Below are positions 12,230-23,354 of a stretch of 64,000 nt of DNA, piece by piece. The DNA lies in the NCBI RefSeq assembly GCF_021028975.2, contig NC_059430.1, forward strand, positions 102,734,001-102,798,000, given 5' to 3'. Below the pieces are notes generated by a model. It was given only the letters and a program-made list of their open reading frames with translations. It was not told the origin of the DNA and ran no database searches. Source of the stretch: Sphaerodactylus townsendi. Lineage: Eukaryota. Made by a program: the position numbers and the translations under genes. Position 1 is the first letter of the stretch; every line of letters begins with the position of its first letter.

Positions 12230-12804
12230 TTCTAGAGGCTCTCTCTTTCTCCTCTCTGGAGATCTCTTGGGAAAAGAGATGCTCCTCTCCTACCCTGGTG
12301 GCCTATGCTCTTCTCTTCTGCCATCCTGCCTTAATTTTCTTCCAAGTTCTTCAGAGCTCCGTAAAAAATTCCTATAGCAGACTACTGAAGTTGTGCCTGG
12401 CAACTGAGACAACCCAATCACAAGCAGGGTTGCCAGCTTCCAGGTGGTTCTAACAAAAGACAGTGAGGTGCAGATACTGAATGGATACAATACAGTAAGC
12501 TGTACCAATCAGCACTGTAAATATTCCAATAAAACAATAATGAACAATAAAGTGTATTTTTTGTTTCACAAAAGTAAAGCAGCTGTGAACATTTTTACTG
12601 CAACCCAGGATTGAAATTAAACCTGTTTAGTCCCATGAAAAAGTCCTGATCCATCCCAGCGAAAACATGCTTCGAAATCTTCATCATGGTCAAATAATCA
12701 TAAATCTAAATGCTGATATTTTTCATAAATAACAACACAGTTCAGGATCTTCAAACGATCTCTAAGCTGAATAAATCAGGACTTTTTCTTGGAACTGAAC
12801 AGGT

Positions 12805-13190
12805 TTACTTATTTGGTTTCATTTATATGCCGCCCTCCCCGAAAGGGCTCAGGGTGGCTTACAATAATAAAATATAACACAGTAAAACTCTATTTAGTAA
12901 ACAATTAAAACTGCTATTAATAATTAAAACCAAGTCAAAATTAATTAAAATACAACTGAAATAAAAGTCTACTTAAAACTTAAAACCAGAATTAGGATTA
13001 GGGCCGGCAACAAATGTAATTATATAGGCCTCAACCAAAGGCCCTGTGGAATTGCATCAAATCCCGCAGGGCCCCGGTGTTAAGCGGCAGAGCATTCTAC
13101 CAGGTAGGGGCCAGGGCGGAAAAATCCCTGGCCCTGGTTTAGGCCAATCTAACAGTAGAAGGGCAGGGGGCTACCAGGAGGTTCGTATCT
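12805..13190 (-). mobile_element. L2/CR1-group LINE 3' fragment
   Basis: Tail TTTATATGCCGCCCTCCCCGAAAGGGCTCAGGGTGGCTTACAA plus degenerate ORF2 end. A similar + strand piece lies at ~25560-25910. Confidence 0.5.
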
Positions 13191-13250
13191 GCAGGAAATA
13201 TAGGATTATGCAGGAAATATAGGATATATAGGAAATATAGGATAATGCAG
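13189..13250. repeat. Short tandem repeat, ~19-nt unit (GCAGGAAATATAGGATTAT) x3
   Basis: Directly visible in the sequence. Confidence 0.8.
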
Positions 13251-13836
13251 TTTCAAGCAAGGGTTTCTTTTTTTTTTTTGTATATGATTTCTGTTTTGTG
13301 ATGTTATGACTGACATCTAGTGGTGAACATTTTTACTGCTTTTTATATACCAAAAATACATATTTACCATTGTTAATTATTGTGTTATATTGGAATATTT
13401 ACAGTGTTGATTAGTACAGATTATTGTATTGTAATCTCCTGATAGTAGCTGAAGATCTCCCACTATTACAACTGATATCCTGGTGAAAGAGATCGGTTCA
13501 CCTGCAGAAATTGCCTGCTTTGGAAGGTGAACCTTATGGCATTGTAATTAATCAAAGTCCCTTCCCTTCCCTCCTCTCCCCAAAACCAACCCTCCTCTGG
13601 CTCCACTCCCAAAATCTCCAGATATTTCCCAACCCTAATCACAATGGAAGGGTTAGAAAATAAAATCAACCTGACGAGGCTGAGTAATGTTCTGATGAAT
13701 GTTGTTCTAATTTGAGACAAGGGGGTTGTTCACCTCACAAAGGGACTGCACAGTGGGGAGGGGTGTGTGTGCAGCAATATTCCAAGTGGGCTCTAAACAC
13801 AGAAGTGCCTGAGAAGATAAAATACAAGAGACCAAC

Positions 13837-13906
13837 CTTTATACGGGACGCTGTATTTTTGGCTGTTCCTGACATGTGTGTCTCTACAGGCCGGCTGATG
13901 CTATAC
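13837..13906 (-). CDS. OSCP1: OSCP1 exon (70 nt)
   Basis: YSISRPVETHMSGTAKNTASRIK. Confidence 0.95.
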
Positions 13907-13996
13907 CTAGAAGGCAAACAAAAAGTGTACAGAAGACACAGAGGGAAAGTGCCAAATGCTCACAACAGAGGTGTGACTTTGCAAGCTGTTGCTTAC

Positions 13997-14125
13997 ATGT
14001 TTGTTCCCAGTTTAATGACTCTGTCTCCATAAAGGTCGAATGAGCCTTCCCGGAGAGGAAGGAGATAATTCCCACCATGAACAAATTCAGTCCTTTTAAT
14101 TTCATCCCCTTGATTGTTGAAAAGC
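13997..14125 (-). CDS. OSCP1: OSCP1 exon (129 nt)
   Basis: LFNNQGDEIKRTEFVHGGNYLLPLREGSFDLYGDRVIKLGTN. Confidence 0.95.
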
Positions 14126-14414
14126 CTGGGGGGGGGGAAAAAAAGCAAAATCTGATCACCAATTTTACAGTACAGGCTTGTGAAGCTCTAGAAAGTCTTT
14201 GTCTTCAAAAGGGTCTATCAGAAGCAATTCAACTGGGATAGCTTAGTAATGTGTACTATTATAGGAGTTGAGGAAAACATGTTTTCCAGTCTAGGGCATA
14301 CCCTAAACTGAATCAGACCATTGATCAATCAAAGTCAGTACTGTTGTCAGACTGGCAGTGGATTTCCAGGGATTCTGGTGGAAGTCTTTCGGATCATCTA
14401 GCACCTGATCCTTT

Positions 14415-14710
14415 AGAAGAAGAAGAGTTGGATTTATATCCCTCCTTTCTCTCCTGTAAGGAGACTCAAAGGGGCTTACAATCTCCTTGCCATTCCCCCC
14501 CCCCCCACAACAAACACCCCGTGAGGTAGGTGGGGCTGAGAGAGCTCAGAAGAACTGGGACTAGCCCAAGGTCACCCAGCTGGTGTGTATTGGAGTGTAC
14601 AGGCTAATCTGAATTCCCCAGATAAGCTTCCACAGCTCAAGGGGTAGCGGGGAATCAAACTCGGTTCCTCTAGATTAGAGTACACCTGCTCTTAACCACT
14701 ACGCCACTGC
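14415..14710 (-). mobile_element. tRNA-derived squamate SINE with (CTT)n tail
   Basis: Minus-strand head GCAGTGGCGTAGTGGTTAAGAG...GGTTTGATTCCC (A/B boxes). Copies at 28249-28543 (+), 35458-35680, ~60068-60345 and ~63505-63806. Confidence 0.85.
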
Positions 14711-14918
14711 TACTTTAACTGGATATGCTGGGGATTGAACTTGGAACCATTCGTATGACCAGCTGATTCTCTTCCATTGAGTGATGGCCCTTCCAGAGAC
14801 ACTCTTGCTCCTATTCAGGATGCCCATTTGACTTAGACAGCCCATCTCAGGACAGGGTCTCCCTCCAGGACTGCTGACCTACCCCAGCAATGTAGAGAAA
14901 GCTGATGGAAAGAGTCAC

Positions 14919-15022
14919 CTGATGAGTCCTGGAACCTCTGTCCCCCAAGGAACTGGACCCGAGGTCGGGAGCACAAAGCGGCCATTGGAGTTCTGAACTT
15001 TATCTTTTAAGAAGATGGAGAC
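14919..15022 (-). CDS. OSCP1: OSCP1 exon (104 nt)
   Basis: VSIFLKDKVQNSNGRFVLPTSGPVPWGTEVPGLI. Confidence 0.96.
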
Positions 15023-15160
15023 CTGTGGAGGGACAATCCCAAAGGTTTGTCAGCGCAATGGCACCATTTACAAATTATTTATGCTTTGTTTCTACATCTT
15101 ACCATGCAATATTTTTCCCTTGCCCCATTTCCACTGGACAGGCTTTTTGGAAATACATAC

Positions 15161-15241
15161 CCTGATGTGCATGTCCTGAAAGAAGATGAGCAATGTTTGC
15201 CGAATGAGCTGAAATTCCCCATCAGAGAGTGATCCATATGT
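15161..15241 (-). CDS. OSCP1: OSCP1 exon (81 nt)
   Basis: TYGSLSDGEFQLIRQTLLIFFQDMHIR. Confidence 0.96.
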
Positions 15242-15911
15242 CTGGGAAAGAGAATTGGATTGTAACATGAGCAACGCACAAGGCTTCAGCTTTAGTGTCA
15301 TTCATATTTATATAGCTCTTTTTAATGGGCAAGGTGCTTCACATATCCCTATAATGGATGGTAAAAAGATTCACTCTTCCCATTTCAGCGACAGGCCACT
15401 TAAAACAGTATGACTTTCTCAAAGCTATCTAGTGGATCTCTGGATGCTTATGGGATCTTAAACCAGGTTCAACAATCAAGTAATCAACATGGAAATCTGG
15501 ATCAAAACAGCACACACTTATTTCATGAAATCTGTGCTCTGTTTTCAAATGCCACTCAGTTCAGAACGGGTTACAACTTTTGTACTGCAATACTGACATA
15601 ATCCAGACTTGCTTGTGTTATATTTAAGGCTGCTGATCTATTGCTGTCTGCTGCTTAAATCCCTAAACATTACTTTATTTCATCACTAATCATCCTACCC
15701 CATTTTATATCCTCCTCTCTGATGCTTTTATACTTCCCTTTTGGAAATCTGTATCTACTTTGTTATTTGCAAAGCTGTCACCTCTTCTGTAATCAAGTGT
15801 GACTTGCAACTAGACAAGTGAGCTAGCCACCCAAAAGCCATCTTGTAGCACTTTTGTCATTACATATAACCAAAAGTTGAACAACTCACAGAAGGCATGA
15901 TGTATGCTTAC

Positions 15912-16079
15912 ATCAATTAGCTGCCGAAAGGTTTCATCGACTTGATTCAGAATGCTGGGTGAATCTTGGATAAAATCCTTGATGGAATCCAAGTGGTTGA
16001 AAGTGACGAGCAGAATGTCTTTGGGCCGAGGGCAGAGTAGAACCTGGTACTTGAAGGCCATGGTCATAAGATCGTAGAG
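15912..16079 (-). CDS. OSCP1: OSCP1 exon (168 nt)
   Basis: LYDLMTMAFKYQVLLCPRPKDILLVTFNHLDSIKDFIQDSPSILNQVDETFRQLID. Confidence 0.97.
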
Positions 16080-16260
16080 CTACAGAAAAAATGCAAGTGG
16101 CATCTAGTTAGACTGCAGAACCCAGAACAGATAGCTAAGCCACCACATATGTAGTGCAGTTCCAAGCAGAGTTTACACCCTTCTGAACATCAGTGGGCTT
16201 AGTTATAGAAGCAGTGTGACTCTCCTTGAGACTGCTCTGATAACCCTGATAATGCCCTGA

Positions 16261-16659
16261 TTTTGGGACCAATTTATGCCTGAATAAATTAATTAAAAAT
16301 AATAAATTAGGGTTAGGGTTAAGGCAAGGGCAGGGGCTCAGGCTTGCCTTAGTGTTCTAGGGCGCAGTCCAATAATAGCGCGATGGTCATTTTTAGGTTT
16401 CGGGTTTTTGTTACAATTTTGGGACCAATTTGTGACTGAATAAATTAAATAAAAATAATAAGTTAGGGTCAGGGTTAAGGCAAGGACAGGGGTCAGGCTT
16501 GCCTTAGTGTTCTAGGGCGCAGTCCAAGAATAGGGCTATGGTCAGTTTTAGGGTTGCGGTTTTTGTTACAATTTTGGCAACAATTTAAGACAGAATAAAT
16601 TAAATAAAAATAATAAATTAGGTTTAAGGCAAGGGCAGGGGCTCAGGCTTCCCTTAGTG
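16261..16659. repeat. ~155-bp tandem repeat x2.6 containing TTAGGG motifs
   Basis: Units start at 16261, 16417 and 16572. Unit 1 contains TTAGGGTTAGGGTT. Confidence 0.85.
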
Positions 16660-17529
16660 CAGCAATTCCCAACCAGTGTTCCGGGGCACCCTGGGGTGCC
16701 ATGAGCATGCTACTGGAATTCTACTGGCCCTCCTCCCTTTATCCCTACCCTGCCCCTTCCTTGTTTTCCTTTGTGGCCTCCCTACCCCCTCCCTGGGGAC
16801 TTCTCCTGCTCCCGCTGCTCACCTTGCCTCTTGCTTTTTCCCAAACTCCTGTTCCTCCTGCGGGCGGCAGTGTTTTGGTTACTTTGCCACCTGGAAGCTT
16901 GCTTGCTACCCCCGCTGGGCCCCCATGCATCCTGAAGGCACCCCTCCCCCGCGATCGTGATGGTTCAGGGCTGGAGTCCGGGGCACAGGTGAAACCTCCC
17001 TGCCTCCCCCTCCCACCCCAGTCATCTAAATTCCACCCTCCCACACCCATACCCACCCCTTTCAACCCTTCCCCACCCCTATACTCATCCCAACCCCTTC
17101 CCAACTCCTACTCACAACTTCCAACCTTGTCACCCTGCCCCACCAGGACCCTCTCCCAATCTGTCACCCCAAGCTTTCCCTTTCAACCCCCCTGCCATCT
17201 CCAGTTGCTCCTCCCCACCCTCCCCTTATCCTCACATTCCAACTTACCCCAAGCCACACCTCTCTGACCCCCAAGCCACAGACTTAGAATCAGGTAAGTG
17301 TCGTGCCATGAGAAAGGGGTGTAGGATTCACTACAGCTTCACTAAAGCCCACCATGGTGTGTATGTGTGTGTGTGAAGCAGGGGCACTGGGAGGGGAATA
17401 TGGGGGTGCCAAGCAGGGGCACGGGAGGGGAAGGTGGGGTGTGGCAGGGGCATACAGCCCATGGGGTACCGTGAGATATGAAGAGTGAGGTCAAGGGTGC
17501 CGCAACGTCAAAAGGGTTGGAAAACATTG
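16660..17529. mobile_element. hAT-like non-autonomous element with C-rich interior
   Basis: Ends CAGCAATTCCCAACC / GGTTGGAAAACATTG with subterminal GGGTGCC motifs. No clear TSD. Confidence 0.55.
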
Positions 17530-18503
17530 AGTTAGCTGTTTGGAACTCTCTAATTGAAGTGCTGACAAGACTTAATTTCTAAATTCAGTTCAATGTAACC
17601 ATCATCGTTCCTAAACCACTAACTCCTAGACTATTCCCGCCCCCCCCACTTAAAGACATCTATTTCACCCATTGCTTACCAAAGAAGGACTTGTGGCTTT
17701 TCTCCAGGAAACTCAGTTCTTTCTCTATTTACAATTTCACCACACTCAGGAGCTTTACTGCCCCATATCAAGGTTTGGTCTCCTCAGAGAAACTAAACCA
17801 AGTCACCAGTGTGATTAATTAGGGTTTCTGTGTAACGGTTACATATAGGACTTTGGCACAGATTCCTTCACTTAAATCTGACCTTACTGGCCCTTACTCA
17901 TAGTAGCTCAGCTCTCACAGAACTAGCCCTCAGCCACCAGATAATGGATCTATAACAGAACAAGCGATCTATAATAGAACAAGACTTCACTCTGGGGCTC
18001 CAAACAGTTCTCTCCCTCAGCTCTAATTGCCTTTGGGTTAACAATGCGCAGCAGTTCTCTCTGGCCAATCAGGCTGCGTTCTCAGTAAACCCTTTATGCT
18101 CTCCACATTCTAAGGTCAGAATGAGCCTACGTGGCAGTATAGGTTACATTAGGTGATAGGAATTAAGTGGGATGAGGTTGTCTGCAGGAGTCCAACAAGC
18201 AATGAATGTGGTCATGAAAGTGCACCCAGCATGGTACACCAAAGTGGTTGCATCATTTTCCTATCACACATGCAATTCCTGCAGCTTCAGGGATTTTGTA
18301 ACAGCCTTCTGAAGCTGGACTGTGATGGTGCAGTAAATCCCCTGCAGTGGAGCATCTCAACTTTGGCCATATCCCCACTATGTGCTCATCTATACCCAGT
18401 CCACATGCAGAGTTGTGTGATTTGCCTCTAGTTGCATTCAATGGCAGTATTTTTTGGTAAAGAGTGAGTGGAAGCTGAGGGAAATTGAAAGGTTGTACCT
18501 TAC

Positions 18504-18658
18504 CTTATCCATGCTGGCTTGGTTCAGCCTCATGATGGATGCGTGCGCTAGCCGGTCATACACGGTTCTCAAGGCCTTCTTGGAATAGAGCTCCTGTGGT
18601 TTAAACAACTCCTCCATAAACTTTTTATTGAACATGGTTGTAATGATGTCATTCATAA
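18504..18658 (-). CDS. OSCP1: OSCP1 exon (155 nt)
   Basis: VMNDIITTMFNKKFMEELFKPQELYSKKALRTVYDRLAHASIMRLNQASMDK. Confidence 0.97.
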
Positions 18659-19283
18659 CTGCAAAGACAAAAGAGTCCAACTTGTCAGGACCGCCTATGC
18701 TCCATTTTAATTCTGCAGGACAAAAAAGACGTTTGTGGCTGAGGGAAGGGTGGACTGCACAGGCCGTTCCAAATGCAACATGGAGGCACCATCCCCAAGA
18801 ACCAAGGCCCCATACATGGCTCTGCCTGTTCCCAAGATCCTTTCAAGAAGGCAGCCAAGGATTTCATTACTAACATTAGCAATGCAGGACTGGGAAACAT
18901 ATTCTTCTCTTGGGAATGAAATATCAGCACCTGCTCTTCCTGTTGCTCCTCCAACAAAACGATCACAACAAAAAAGTGGAAATGTGTCTTAATTCAACAA
19001 CTCCAGGAGTGGAATGACAAGTGTCTCTCCTTTCACATCAGCAAGCTCCACCAACTCTGTTTCTTGTGACTGTGACTTAAAACCTTCTGAATCTGCAGCA
19101 GTTTGTTTGAACCAGGAAGTTATTGTACCTGGTCTGCACTTGCAATTAGTTTGGGCTGAGATACACAACCAAATGCCACTAGTGGCAAAAGATTAATACT
19201 GGTGGCTTTTTATTAAATATTAATACATATCTAAAGGGGCTTCCAGGTCTGCCTGGTACATGCTAACAATACTGCCCCTGCAG

Positions 19284-19420
19284 CAGTGGTGGGGTTCAGC
19301 AGGTTCGCACCACTTCGGCAGAACCAGTTGTTAAAATGGTGCTTGTAAACAACCAGTTGTTAAATTATTTGAATCCCACCAACGGAACCGGCTGTTAAAT
19401 TTATTTGAATCCCATCACTG
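19284..19420. mobile_element. hAT MITE (137 bp)
   Basis: TIRs CAGTGGTGGGGTTCA / TGAATCCCATCACTG with perfect 8-bp TSD CCCTGCAG. Confidence 0.9.
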
Positions 19421-19891
19421 CCCTGCAGTCTTCAACATCTCTACATGCATAATAACTGTGATATAACACCACTGCTCTTTAATTACTAGTTTCAGGTGGA
19501 TATCCATTTTGGTCTGCGGTGGAAGAGCAAGATTTGAGTCCAGCAGCACCTAAAAGAGTAGCAAGATTTCCAGGGGATAAGTTTTCAAAGTAAAAGCTCC
19601 ATCTGATGAAGGATGTTCTGACTCTTAAAAGCTTATACTGAGAAAATCCTGTTGGACATGAAGATTGCTACTCAATTAGTAGACATATTCCTTTTGCCTC
19701 TAGTGATAGGCAAGAACTGCTTGGTCTTCAGAGGATGCTCCCATTCATCACAGTAGATATCCCTTGTGCTATAGTTGTTTGGACACATATAAATAATCCT
19801 CAAAAATGGGAGACAGTAAAAAACCCCTACTCTTAGAAATGACCGCACACCTGGGGACTAAAAATAGAGCAGGAAAAATATATCACACTCT

Positions 19892-20085
19892 GGAGTGTTG
19901 TGGGGTTTCTGGGCTGTATGGCCATGTTCCAGCAGCATTTTCTCCTGACTTTTCACCTGCATCTGTGGCTAGCATCTTTAGAGGAAGGTGAAAAGTCAGG
20001 AGAAAATGCTACTGGAATATGGCCATACAGCCTGGAAACCCCACAACACTCCAGTGATTCTAGCCGTGAAAGCCTTTGACAATAC
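19892..20085. mobile_element. Palindromic Penelope-like family A insertion
   Basis: Inverted arms with 12-bp TSD ATATCACACTCT (19880-19891 and 20086-20097). Confidence 0.8.
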
Positions 20086-21811
20086 ATATCACACTCTCAT
20101 TTGCCAAAAATCAAAGAACCAAGCTGATAGGTTATCCTCGAGTATGGCTGGAAAATCCTCCAGTCACCAGCATCAGATTTGAGGTAGATGGGATTTCTGT
20201 AGGCAAGCTGAGATTACCTGCAACTTTCTGGGACAAAGGAACATTTTATGGGGTTTAGCCTTGAATGAAACCAGATTCACGAGGGCAGTTCTGACACTTG
20301 AGAGAGCATCAGCAATGATTGAGGTGGTCTTGCCTCCTGTCTTAGACAATCTTATGAGTGGTTTTTCTCCAGACTTTCTACATAGTAGTTTCAATTATTA
20401 AGCCTTTTTTTCTATGTTCCCTTGCACTAACAGCAGATGACCTATCTAGTATCCAGCAGTGATTGTTAATGCACAGGCACTGGGGATGAATGCATAGAAC
20501 CTTTATTTTGCAATTCCCTCTTGATCATTTCTGCAACAATCCTTGACAAGCTCTAGGCATGGTATGAAATCTACCTCGCAGGATGCCTCTAAAGAGCTTC
20601 CAGGACACTATTCATTTCTGCTCGTGGAAAGAGCCACCCATAGCAGAATTTGACAGTCCTTCCATGTCTCCGTTTAGGGCTTTTGGAACGGGCAGCCTCG
20701 TGTCTGAGTTGTTTCTCTGTCAGCCCCAACCGGAAAAGCCCCTCTTGCTAGTTGGGAAACACACCCCAGAGAGAGTGGTCCCAAGAGTCACTTCTCACAT
20801 TGTTCTTTCATGCCCACATGATGCGTTAGGTAACATGCCACTCTGCCAAAACTGAAGCCATGGGAAAAACCAAGCGGGTGAGACGGCCTAGCCAGCTGCC
20901 CTGTCATCCCTCAGGATCTTCTGTACCAGGAAACAATTAAACTTTGGGAGCGTCAACATGAGACAAAGTGCTGGGTCTCCTTAAGCAGCCACCAATGAAA
21001 ACTAGAGAGGGGAGTCGTTATATACTGTCTCTTGAGTAGCTGTGCCAGTAGCCGTGCCAAAGCCACCTCGCCATACAGCTCATATCTCCATGTGGCACAT
21101 CAGCAATGCAGGACACGCCCCCCTAACTACTTCCAAAATTGCAGTGCAATTTGAAGCAAGAAAAACAGACACCTGGCGGCACTTGGAGCTGGATTTGTCC
21201 CAGGGCGTATTTGCTAAAACTTGATCATTTCCTCTCTTTAATTCATTTCAGGCCTATTAAACAAGACGCAGCAACGGTTTTAGGATTTAACTCAGGATAT
21301 CTGAAGGTGCCAGAAGAGAACGGTGACACTCTCTGGACTTAGTCAGAAAACAGTGGACTGGGACTAGTACAAGACAGCTGCCTACAGGAGCTGGGGGGAG
21401 GGGCTGCAATTATGCGGCAGGGGAGGAAAAGGGGGAGAGAGCTGGGAACAGGGTGACACATAGACAGTATGCATGCTCTCTGCCTGCATTTGCTCATGAA
21501 CAATGCTCATGGTACTCATGCAGCTGCATGCTCGCGCTCACATGGGTTTGAAAAAGTTTTCCAATGGCGATGTTCAGCAGTCAGTTGGGTAAAGCCCACT
21601 CAGGTGAGTTCCCAAAGAAGCTCGCCTGAGGAGCACTGGTGAAGTCTCTTGGTTGTTCAGCTCACCGTCAGGGTCATTTCTGCCTGTTTTTAAATGCAGA
21701 AAAGCCTCAGTTGAAGAGCTGCTACCACTACAGCAGTGAAGCGGTGGGGGGACGGAGTGTGTATGTGTGGGCACATGGTTCTACTGCATGCAACTAAAAA
21801 TGTTACAGTAC

Positions 21812-21841
21812 CTCGTCTCCTGTCCACATCAGTCCATTCAT
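21812..21841 (-). CDS. OSCP1: OSCP1 30-nt in-frame cassette microexon (DEWTDVDRRR)
   Basis: GTGTAG|ATGAATGGACTGATGTGGACAGGAGACGAG|GTACTG, phase 1/1. Resembles the DEWTEVDRKR insert I recall from the longer human isoform. Confidence 0.88.
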
Positions 21842-22988
21842 CTACACGAAGCATAAAACAGAAAAAACGATGGGTCAAGGAGTAAGAACAACACACTGAC
21901 AAGCAGGCTGAAAGGGGGAAAAAATAAATGAAAAAGAATCCTAGCAAGGGACAACAGCATTAAGCGTGCTGCTGCAGCATTGGAAATATACAAAAGAGGG
22001 AAGTGAGTGTTAATTTCGTTTTAAAAAATAGATATATGAAAATTTAAAAACTACACTATGGCCCTGTTATTTCATCTAAAGGGCTACAAGAATCTGAGAT
22101 CTCTGTCTATTGGAGAACCTGGAATATTTATGAGATTTACTTCTTAGCCTTCCTTTAAAGAGACTGGGGAACGAAGTCACATGGAGTTAGCCCATGTTAT
22201 CCTTGTAAGTTAGAGGGACAGAGAATGACTTGCCCAGTAAATCTGATGGGGAATTGATTTGCGGGTCTCTCCAAAACCAAGATTTCATCAACTCCATCAC
22301 ATTGGTAGAAAATTTAAAATATTCCCCTAATAGAATCAGCACCTCAGTATCTGATGCTGGTACCTGGAGAGCAGAAATCTTTTTCTGGCTTTTTCTATGT
22401 GTACCAAGTTACTTACATCCCTTCACACATCAACCTTGCTTTGACACCCCCCCCCCTTTCTCTTACAATTATATTCCAAATGGTTTTTTCTGGGAAATCA
22501 GGACTAATACCCCTCAAAGCTAACCCAGTAAAAAAAATTGTCCTAGAAGTAAAGGAATGTTTCCTCATAGCATCTGGAATTGCAACCCTTTGTGTGACTG
22601 CTAATATAGGATCAGGCATTTTCTCCTCTATGGCTTCCTCTTCTTTTAGGATGAAACATTCCCAGTATTCAAAACTCTACTGAGGAATATTCTTTACTGT
22701 CATGTTTCCAAGTACTACTGACATGGAAATGCTTTCAGACATGGTGGTCCAAAACCTATCACCAGATAGAAGACTCAAGATCATACAAAGACACACAGGT
22801 CATCAGTTAGAAATTGAGAAGAACTTTATGAACTTGATAAACAGGTGGGAATTAAATGCCTCTCTTTATTCTTGTATAAAGTTTCTGAGTTTAAAATGTG
22901 TGGGACAATAGACACTCAAGAATTCAGGATCCTCATGAGGAATGGCAAAAGAAAGACCCATTGAAAAACATTAGAACTACAAGTAAAA

Positions 22989-23354
22989 TATCAGCTCAGT
23001 ACCTTTATTGGTAAGTCTTGGCTCAGTATGTCTGAGAAATCAGATTATTTATTCATCTGCTTCATTTATACCCTGCCCTTTTCGCCACTGGGGACCTAAG
23101 GCATCTTAAATCATTCTCTGGTCCTCCATTTTATCCTCCTCAAAACCCTGTGATGTAGGTTAGGCTGGGTACCTATCAGCTCAGTACCTTTATTGGTAAG
23201 TCTTGGCTCAGTATGTCTGAGAAATCAGATTATTTATTCATCTGCTTCATTTATACCCTGCCCTTTTCGCCACTGGGGACCTAAAGCATCTTAAATCATT
23301 CTCTGGTCCTCCATTTTATTCTCCTCAAAACCCTGTGATGTAGGTTAGGCTGGG
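22989..23354. repeat. Recent direct tandem duplication, 181-bp copies, period 185
   Basis: Copies at 22989-23169 and 23174-23354 differ by two substitutions that I could see. 4-nt junction TACC. Confidence 0.9.

Noticed and set aside
16261-16659. CRISPR-like array or true telomere
   Set aside because: Eukaryotic context, whole units repeat with no unique spacers, and there are only about two TTAGGG copies.
16701-17267. 188-aa Pro-rich ORF
   Set aside because: C-rich interior of a transposon remnant, antisense within an intron.
17565-18150. Possible reverse-oriented LTR
   Set aside because: Suggestive composition and a CCAAT box, but I could not define termini or a TSD.
19595-19640. Second-family hammerhead (CTGATGA...AAAGCTT)
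   Set aside because: The GAAA box and stem II are degenerate, so it is not a credible active ribozyme.
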